Source: a virus
Taxonomy: Duplodnaviria; Caudoviricetes
Length of the DNA stretch: 64,000 bases
IMG/VR virus record: IMGVR_UViG_3300017766_003100
Span: 64,001 to 128,000 of that record
Strand: one strand, 5' to 3'
The position numbers and the translations under genes were made by a program. Positions 58,188 through 64,000 of the stretch are shown here, in pieces (position 1 is the first letter of the stretch; each line of letters opens with the position of its first letter). The notes under the pieces are model-generated. The model saw only the letters and a list, made by a program, of their open reading frames with translations. It made no database searches and was not told the origin of the DNA.

Positions 58188-59567
58188 ATGTCATCTAACA
58201 AAAATTTCGATTATTTAGGGAGCTCATTTCAGATACAACTTCTTAATCAAATTGTAGTAGATAAAGAATTTTCAAGGTCTATTGTAGATGTAATAGAACC
58301 AAATTATTTTGATAACAAGTACTTCAAAATCATCATTCAGATGATTAAAGAGTATAGTCAAAAATGGGATGGAGTACCATCTTTTGAAACTTTAGAACAA
58401 ATAACTAAATCTGAATTTCAACAAGAAACTGTTGCTAAAGTTGTGGTTGACACTATCAGAAAAATAAAAGAAGCACCAGTATCAGGTGGAGAGTTTGTTC
58501 AAGAAAAAGCGTTAAAATTTTGTAAACAACAAGAACTACAAAAAGCAATTACTAAAGCACAAAAAGTAATTGATGGTGGTGAGTTTGAAGATTACGATAC
58601 TCTTGAAGAAATGATTCGTGAAGCACTTCAAGTCGGAATTGTTGAAAGTGGGATGTTAAATGTATTCTCAAACTTGGATGATGTTTTAAATGAAGATTAT
58701 AGACACCCAATTCCAATGGGAATACCAGGAATTGATAGACTTTTAAAAGGTGGTTTGGCAAAAGGTGAAATTGGGGTTATATTAGCCCCAACTGGTGTAG
58801 GTAAATCAACAATCCTAACCAAGATTGCCAACCACGCTTTTAATTTGGGTTACAATGTTCTTCAAATATTTTTTGAGGATAATCCCAAGGTTATTCAAAG
58901 AAAACATTTTACATTGTGGACAAAAATCCATCCTGATGATATGTCCAACAAAAAGGAAGAAGTTTTATCTAAAGTAAAGGAGATTGAAAATAAAATGACA
59001 AATCAACTTGTTTTGGAGAAACTTCCATCTGATACAATGACAATGTCACAAATCAAAAATCTAATTAGAAAGAAGATTGCTGATGGGATTAAGATTGATA
59101 TGGTCTTATTGGATTATATTGATTGTGTTGTTCCTGAGAAAAACTTGGGAGATGAATGGAAATCAGAGGGTTCTGTAATGAGAGGATTTGAAGCAATGTG
59201 TCACGAGCTTAACTTAGTAGGTTGGACTGCAACACAGGGTAATAGAAGTTCAATATCATCTGAAGTTGTAACAACAGACCAAATGGGTGGGTCAATCAAA
59301 AAAGCACAAGTTGGTCACGTAATTATATCAATAGCAAAAACACTTCAACAAAAAGAAATGAAGTTGGCCACAATGGCTATTACTAAATCAAGGATTGGGG
59401 ATGATGGTATCATCTTTGAAAATTGTAAATTTGATAATAGTATGTTGGAAATTGATACAGAATCGTCTGTAACATTCTTAGGTCACGAAGAACAAAAAGA
59501 AGAAAATAATAGACAAAGAATTAAAGATTTATTAGAAAAAAGAAAACAAAGAGAACAAAATAACTAA
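58188..59567 (+). CDS. dnaB: DnaB-like replicative helicase (gp41-like)
   Basis: APTGVGKS Walker A, LLDYID Walker B, TATQGNR. Confidence 0.9.
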   Translation: MSSNKNFDYLGSSFQIQLLNQIVVDKEFSRSIVDVIEPNYFDNKYFKIIIQMIKEYSQKWDGVPSFETLEQITKSEFQQETVAKVVVDTIRKIKEAPVSGGEFVQEKALKFCKQQELQKAITKAQKVIDGGEFEDYDTLEEMIREALQVGIVESGMLNVFSNLDDVLNEDYRHPIPMGIPGIDRLLKGGLAKGEIGVILAPTGVGKSTILTKIANHAFNLGYNVLQIFFEDNPKVIQRKHFTLWTKIHPDDMSNKKEEVLSKVKEIENKMTNQLVLEKLPSDTMTMSQIKNLIRKKIADGIKIDMVLLDYIDCVVPEKNLGDEWKSEGSVMRGFEAMCHELNLVGWTATQGNRSSISSEVVTTDQMGGSIKKAQVGHVIISIAKTLQQKEMKLATMAITKSRIGDDGIIFENCKFDNSMLEIDTESSVTFLGHEEQKEENNRQRIKDLLEKRKQREQNN

Positions 59568-59569
59568 TT

Positions 59570-60520
59570 ATGACAGAAAAAATATTAACAGAGAATCCAA
59601 ATCGTTTTGTGATTTTCCCAATTCAATACAATGATATTTGGGAATTCTATAAACAACACCAAGCGGCATTTTGGACAGCAGAAGAGGTTGACTTGACTGG
59701 TGACATCAGAGAGTGGCAGAACTTGTCAGAGAACGAACAATATTTCGTAAAGAACATATTGTCATTCTTCGCAGCATCTGATGGAATTGTCAATGAAAAC
59801 TTAGCTGAGAACTTTTATAGGGAAGTTCAATATCCTGAAGCAAAATTCTTTTACGGATTTCAATTAATGATGGAAAATATCCATTCTTTAATGTACTCTT
59901 TATTAATTGATACTTACATATCAAATCCAAAAGAAAAAGACGAATGTTTCAATGCTATTGATAGATTACCTGCAGTTCAAAAGAAAGCCAAATGGGCGTT
60001 GGATTGGATTGAGAAAGCATCTTTTCAAGAAAGATTGGTTGCTTTTGCGGCTGTAGAAGGTATATTTTTCTCAGGTTCTTTCTGTTCAATTTTTTGGTTG
60101 AAATCAAGAGGTGTGATGCAAGGACTTTGTAATGCTAATTCATTGATTTTTAAAGATGAAAACTTACATTGTGATTTCGCAATTCATTTATTGAATAATC
60201 ACGTTGAAAATAAACCAAGTGAAAAAAGAATTAAAGAAATTCTATTGTCTGCTTTGGAAATTGAAAAAGAATTTATTACAGAATCTTTACCAGTTTCTTT
60301 AATCGGAATGAACTCAAATCTAATGAAACAATATTTAGAATTTGTAGTCGATGGGTTACTAATAAAGATGGGATGTAGTAAACATTTCAATGTTGAACAA
60401 CCATTCAAGTTTATGGAACAAATTGCTGTTGAAACGAAGGGTAATTTCTTTGAATCAAGAACAATGGAATACCAAAAAGCTAAATTGAACGAAACGATTT
60501 CATTTACAGACGATTTTTAA
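59570..60520 (+). CDS. nrdB: Ribonucleotide reductase class Ia beta subunit
   Basis: [23 protein letters not shown] (radical Tyr present), [15 protein letters not shown]. Confidence 0.95.
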   Translation: MTEKILTENPNRFVIFPIQYNDIWEFYKQHQAAFWTAEEVDLTGDIREWQNLSENEQYFVKNILSFFAASDGIVNENLAENFYREVQYPEAKFFYGFQLMMENIHSLMYSLLIDTYISNPKEKDECFNAIDRLPAVQKKAKWALDWIEKASFQERLVAFAAVEGIFFSGSFCSIFWLKSRGVMQGLCNANSLIFKDENLHCDFAIHLLNNHVENKPSEKRIKEILLSALEIEKEFITESLPVSLIGMNSNLMKQYLEFVVDGLLIKMGCSKHFNVEQPFKFMEQIAVETKGNFFESRTMEYQKAKLNETISFTDDF

Positions 60521-60530
60521 AATTATAACT

Positions 60531-62945
60531 ATGTCATTAAGAATTCAAAAAAGAAATGGGGAAGTGGTATCATTTAACCCCACAAAAATACAAACAAGAA
60601 TTAAACGTTCAAGTAAAAACCTAAATGTTAATTCTGACCAAATATTCATTAAAGTTATCACCTCAGTACCAACTGAGGGGGTAATTTCAACTAAACAACT
60701 TGATAAGTTGATTTATGAAATTGCGGCATCATATACTGGAAGTCATCACGATTATTCGAGATTGGCTTCCTCTGTTGCTATATCATCATATCATAAAGAA
60801 ACTAGTGAAAGTTTCTCTAACACAATGCACTACTTACATATTGAAGGTGTAATTAATGATAAGTTAATGGAAACTATTGAAAGTTATGGTGCTTCTAATA
60901 TTGATAGTGTAATCAATCACGAGAATGATTATAACTTTGATTATTTTGCTTGGAGGTCATTATATGAAATGTATCTTCTTAAAACACCACATGGAGTTAC
61001 AATTGAAAGACCTCAACATATGTATATGAGGGTTGCTCTATGGGTTACAAAATCATTTGAAGAAGCTGTTGAATACTACAAGTCATTATCAAACCAACTT
61101 ATTTCTCCAGCAACACCAATTATGATTAATTCTGGTACAAAGATTCCACAATTGGCGTCTTGTGTGTTACATTATAATGATGAAGATTCAAGAGAAGGAT
61201 TATTGAATACAATGACTGATATTTCCACTTATTCGGCTGATGCTGCGGGTATTGGACTTTGTATGTCAAATATTAGAAGTAAGGAAAGTAGATTATCTAC
61301 ATCAGGTGGTTTCGCTGGTGGATTATTAAAATATTTAAAGATTGTTAACGAGTCATTAAGATTCTTTAATCAACAAGGGAGAAGACCTGGTTCTGCGGCA
61401 ATTTACCTTGAACCTTGGCACAAAGATATCATCGATTTATTGGAGATTAAAAAGAATACAGGGGCTGAAGAACTAAGAGCAAGAGATTTGTTCACGGCAT
61501 TGTGGATACCTGATAACTTTATGAGAGCCGTAAGAGAAAATGGTGATTGGTATCTATTCTGTCCTAATGATATCAAAAAGGCTGGATTACCCGCACTACA
61601 AGAAGTTTATGGTGATGAGTATGAGGATGTTTATAATGAGGCTGTACGTATGGGATTGGGTAAGAAAATTAAGGCTCAAGACGTGTGGACAAAAGTTATT
61701 GAATCTCAGATTGAAACTGGTGTTCCATATTTATGTTCTAAAGATAGTGCTAATAAAAAGACAAATCATCAAAACATTGGTGTGATTAAACAATCAAATC
61801 TTTGCAATGAGATTTATCAATATACTGATGAAAAAACTACAGCAATCTGTACCCTATCTTCAATGGTGTTAAAGAACTTTGTACATGATGCACAATTTGA
61901 TTTTGAGGAACTTTATAACGAAACTTGTAAAGTAGTGAGAGCTTTGAATAAAGTTGTTGATATCAATAATTATTCAACTAATAAGGGTGAAAAAGGTGGC
62001 AGAGAACAAAGAGCAATTGCTATTGGAACACAAGGTTTGGCTGATGTATTCTATTTAATGGATTATGAGTTTACCTCCGAAGAAGCTAAAAAATTGAATA
62101 AAGAAATATTTGAAACAATTTATTATGCTGCAATTAGTGAAAGTAATAAATTAGCTCACGATGGCGAATATCCAAAATATGATTTCTTTGAAGGGTCACC
62201 AATGTCAAAAGGTATATTCCAATTTGATATGTGGGGATTAACTGAATCTGATTTATCTGGAAGATGGAATTGGAATGATTTGAAAGAAAATGTAATGAAA
62301 TATGGTGTATGTAATTCATTATTTACAGCACAGATGCCAGTTGCGAGTTCTGCTAAGATAACAGGTTCTTATGAAATGACTGAACCAGCACATTCAGCAA
62401 TCTTTAATAGAAGAGTAGTTGGTGGTGAGATTATGATTGTAAACAAATATCTAATCGCTGACTTTGAGAAACTTGGTATTTGGGGTGAAGATTTGAAAAA
62501 TGAAATCATTCTAAATGAAGGGTCAATTCAAAATATAAATTTCAACAATTACTTAGACACAGAAGATAAAAAATATAACTTCAAAGTTAAAAGGATTGAA
62601 CATTTGATGAAGAAGTATAAAACAATATGGGAAATATCACAGAGAGAATTAATTGATATGGCAGCCGATAGAGGACCTTTTATCGACCAATCACAATCAA
62701 TGAATATCTATATGGGTAACCCAACTTTGTCAAAGATTACTTCATCACATTTCCACGCTTGGCAGAAAGGATTGAAAACATTATGTTATTATGTGAGAAC
62801 TAAGGCAATATCAACTGGTGCAAAACATTTGGCTGTAGATATATCAAAGATAGAAAAACCAAAAGTTACACCAACATTACCACACGTTGAAGTAATTAGT
62901 AAACCAACTGATTCACCATTTGAATGTTTTGGATGTTCATCTTAA
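60531..62945 (+). CDS. nrdA: Ribonucleotide reductase class Ia alpha subunit with ATP-cone
   Basis: IQKRNG ATP-cone, SPATP, SNLCNEI, MPVASS, C-terminal CFGCSS. Confidence 0.95.
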   Translation: MSLRIQKRNGEVVSFNPTKIQTRIKRSSKNLNVNSDQIFIKVITSVPTEGVISTKQLDKLIYEIAASYTGSHHDYSRLASSVAISSYHKETSESFSNTMHYLHIEGVINDKLMETIESYGASNIDSVINHENDYNFDYFAWRSLYEMYLLKTPHGVTIERPQHMYMRVALWVTKSFEEAVEYYKSLSNQLISPATPIMINSGTKIPQLASCVLHYNDEDSREGLLNTMTDISTYSADAAGIGLCMSNIRSKESRLSTSGGFAGGLLKYLKIVNESLRFFNQQGRRPGSAAIYLEPWHKDIIDLLEIKKNTGAEELRARDLFTALWIPDNFMRAVRENGDWYLFCPNDIKKAGLPALQEVYGDEYEDVYNEAVRMGLGKKIKAQDVWTKVIESQIETGVPYLCSKDSANKKTNHQNIGVIKQSNLCNEIYQYTDEKTTAICTLSSMVLKNFVHDAQFDFEELYNETCKVVRALNKVVDINNYSTNKGEKGGREQRAIAIGTQGLADVFYLMDYEFTSEEAKKLNKEIFETIYYAAISESNKLAHDGEYPKYDFFEGSPMSKGIFQFDMWGLTESDLSGRWNWNDLKENVMKYGVCNSLFTAQMPVASSAKITGSYEMTEPAHSAIFNRRVVGGEIMIVNKYLIADFEKLGIWGEDLKNEIILNEGSIQNINFNNYLDTEDKKYNFKVKRIEHLMKKYKTIWEISQRELIDMAADRGPFIDQSQSMNIYMGNPTLSKITSSHFHAWQKGLKTLCYYVRTKAISTGAKHLAVDISKIEKPKVTPTLPHVEVISKPTDSPFECFGCSS

Positions 62946-62951
62946 AATAAT

Positions 62952-62979
62952 AAATCACGACACAATGTCGTGATTTTTT
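62952..62979 (+). terminator. Intrinsic terminator
   Basis: AAATCACGACA-CAA-TGTCGTGATTT followed by T residues. Confidence 0.85.
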
Positions 62980-63025
62980 GTTTTATGGTATTTATTGAAA
63001 AATATTCGGTTATATATTTATTATT

Positions 63026-63484
63026 ATGGCAGATGGTAAAACATATGGGATAAACTTCCCATTTAGAGATTCATATCAAGGTAATTATTTGTCTTTATCA
63101 CAAACATCTGATGAAGAAATAAGAACTAATTTGGTTCACTTACTTTTAACAAGAAAAGGGACTAGATATTATTTACCTGATTTTGGTACAAGACTTTATG
63201 AATATATTTTTGAACCATTGGATGGTCCTACATTTTCAGATATTGAGTCTGAAATTAGAGATTCTGTGGCTGAATATATACCAGGTATTACAATCACAAA
63301 TATATCAATAAAACCTGCTTCTGAAGGTGAAGAAAATAAAGGTACTTTTGTTAATGATGCTAATGAAAGAGAGTATCGTGTAACTAATATTGGTCAGTTA
63401 GAACATACAGCAAAAATTAAAATCGATTATATAGTCACGGATTCAGCATTTAATTCAAGTGATTTTGTAATTATTAACGTATAA
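63026..63484 (+). CDS. Baseplate wedge protein, gp25/GPW family
   Basis: GINFPF, LLLTRKG.RY..PDFG..L..YIFEP. Confidence 0.9.
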   Translation: MADGKTYGINFPFRDSYQGNYLSLSQTSDEEIRTNLVHLLLTRKGTRYYLPDFGTRLYEYIFEPLDGPTFSDIESEIRDSVAEYIPGITITNISIKPASEGEENKGTFVNDANEREYRVTNIGQLEHTAKIKIDYIVTDSAFNSSDFVIINV

Positions 63485-63488
63485 CAAT

Positions 63489-64000
63489 ATGGCAAACAAA
63501 AAAATATCATATACAACCAGAGATTTTCAGTCCATTAGAACAGAACTGATTAATTTTACAAGAACATATTACCCTGAGTTAATTGATAACTTCAATGATG
63601 CTTCAGTGTTCTCAGCTTTATTGGACTTAAATGCTGCGGTTTCAGATAATCTTCAATTTAACATTGATAGAAGTATCCAAGAAACGATTTTACAATATGC
63701 TCAACAACGTTCATCAGTTTTCAATATTGCGAGAACTTATGGGTTAAAAGTACCAGGTCAAAGACCATCGGTTGCTTTAGTTGATTTTAGTATAACTGTA
63801 CCTGCATTTGGAGATAAAGAAGACTTAAGATATTGTGGTATCTTAAGAAGAGGTGCTCAAGTAAATGGTGCGGGTCAAGTATTTGAAACTGTGTATGACA
63901 TTGATTTTGCTTCAGCTGTTGGTGGGGATGGATACCCAAATAGACTTAAAATACCTAATTTTGATAGTAATAATAAACTTTTAAACTATACAATAGTTAA
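63489..64000 (+). CDS. Baseplate wedge protein, gp6 / baseplate J-like, 3'-truncated (not in the ORF track)
   Basis: ATG 63489; MANKKISYTTRDFQSIRTELINF...FNDASV...LLDLNA...AQQRSSV..IA...G.K; open to the window end. Confidence 0.85.
   Translation, partial: MANKKISYTTRDFQSIRTELINFTRTYYPELIDNFNDASVFSALLDLNAAVSDNLQFNIDRSIQETILQYAQQRSSVFNIARTYGLKVPGQRPSVALVDFSITVPAFGDKEDLRYCGILRRGAQVNGAGQVFETVYDIDFASAVGGDGYPNRLKIPNFDSNNKLLNYTIV

Noticed and set aside
710-62319. Many 60-130-aa ORFs nested in or antisense to long genes (e.g. 1446-1835, 13349-13723, 20104-20451, 54785-55078)
   Set aside because: Fully overlap well-supported genes and show no motifs.
19652-62945. Inteins or introns in polB, dnaB or nrdA
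   Set aside because: Lengths are ordinary and the catalytic motifs are contiguous; no splicing motifs seen.
1-64000. Giant eukaryotic virus (NCLDV) origin suggested by PolB, SNF2, SOD, GT60 and eukaryote-like RNR
   Set aside because: Sheath, tube, gp13/14/15, gp25, gp6, gp32-like SSB, DnaB and bacterial promoters and terminators indicate a tailed bacteriophage.
1-64000. Stop-codon reassignment (as in some large phages)
   Set aside because: Long intact ORFs and near-complete coding density under the standard bacterial code; TAA and TAG both end genes.

Overview
This is a 64-kb segment of a large, AT-rich, contractile-tailed (myovirus-type) dsDNA phage. No tRNA, rRNA or CRISPR array was seen. 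T4-like virion genes (gp13/14/15-like neck and tail-completion proteins, sheath, tube, tail chaperone, tape measure, giant baseplate/hub proteins, gp53-, gp25- and gp6-like wedge proteins, several fibre-like proteins) are interleaved with replication genes (family B DNA polymerase, SNF2 helicase, gp32-like SSB, RecA/UvsX, C5 methyltransferase, 5'-3' exonuclease, DnaB-like helicase, class Ia RNR). A Bacteroidota host is suggested by a T9SS-type cargo protein with a Gln at +1, a perfect TTTG-N19-TAnnTTTG promoter, SD-less A-rich starts and a DLPF SSB tail. The most interesting signals are: (1) a four-gene glycosylation operon led by a GT60-like polypeptide GlcNAc-transferase, next to mucin-like Pro/Thr-repeat virion proteins; (2) a phage-encoded T9SS cargo protein; (3) a 909-aa Mn-SOD fused to two nuclease-like domains, punctuated by I/L-x-E motifs that also start several unrelated proteins (possible capsid-targeting or protease sites); (4) a candidate +1 frameshift (TTT_CGT_C) in the tail chaperone and a -1 frame break in a glycine-rich paralogue; (5) a candidate ~185-nt structured ncRNA; (6) a recurrent TATTTAT promoter-like motif; (7) apparent GATC avoidance. 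All annotations come from reading motifs by eye; no database searches or counts were run.
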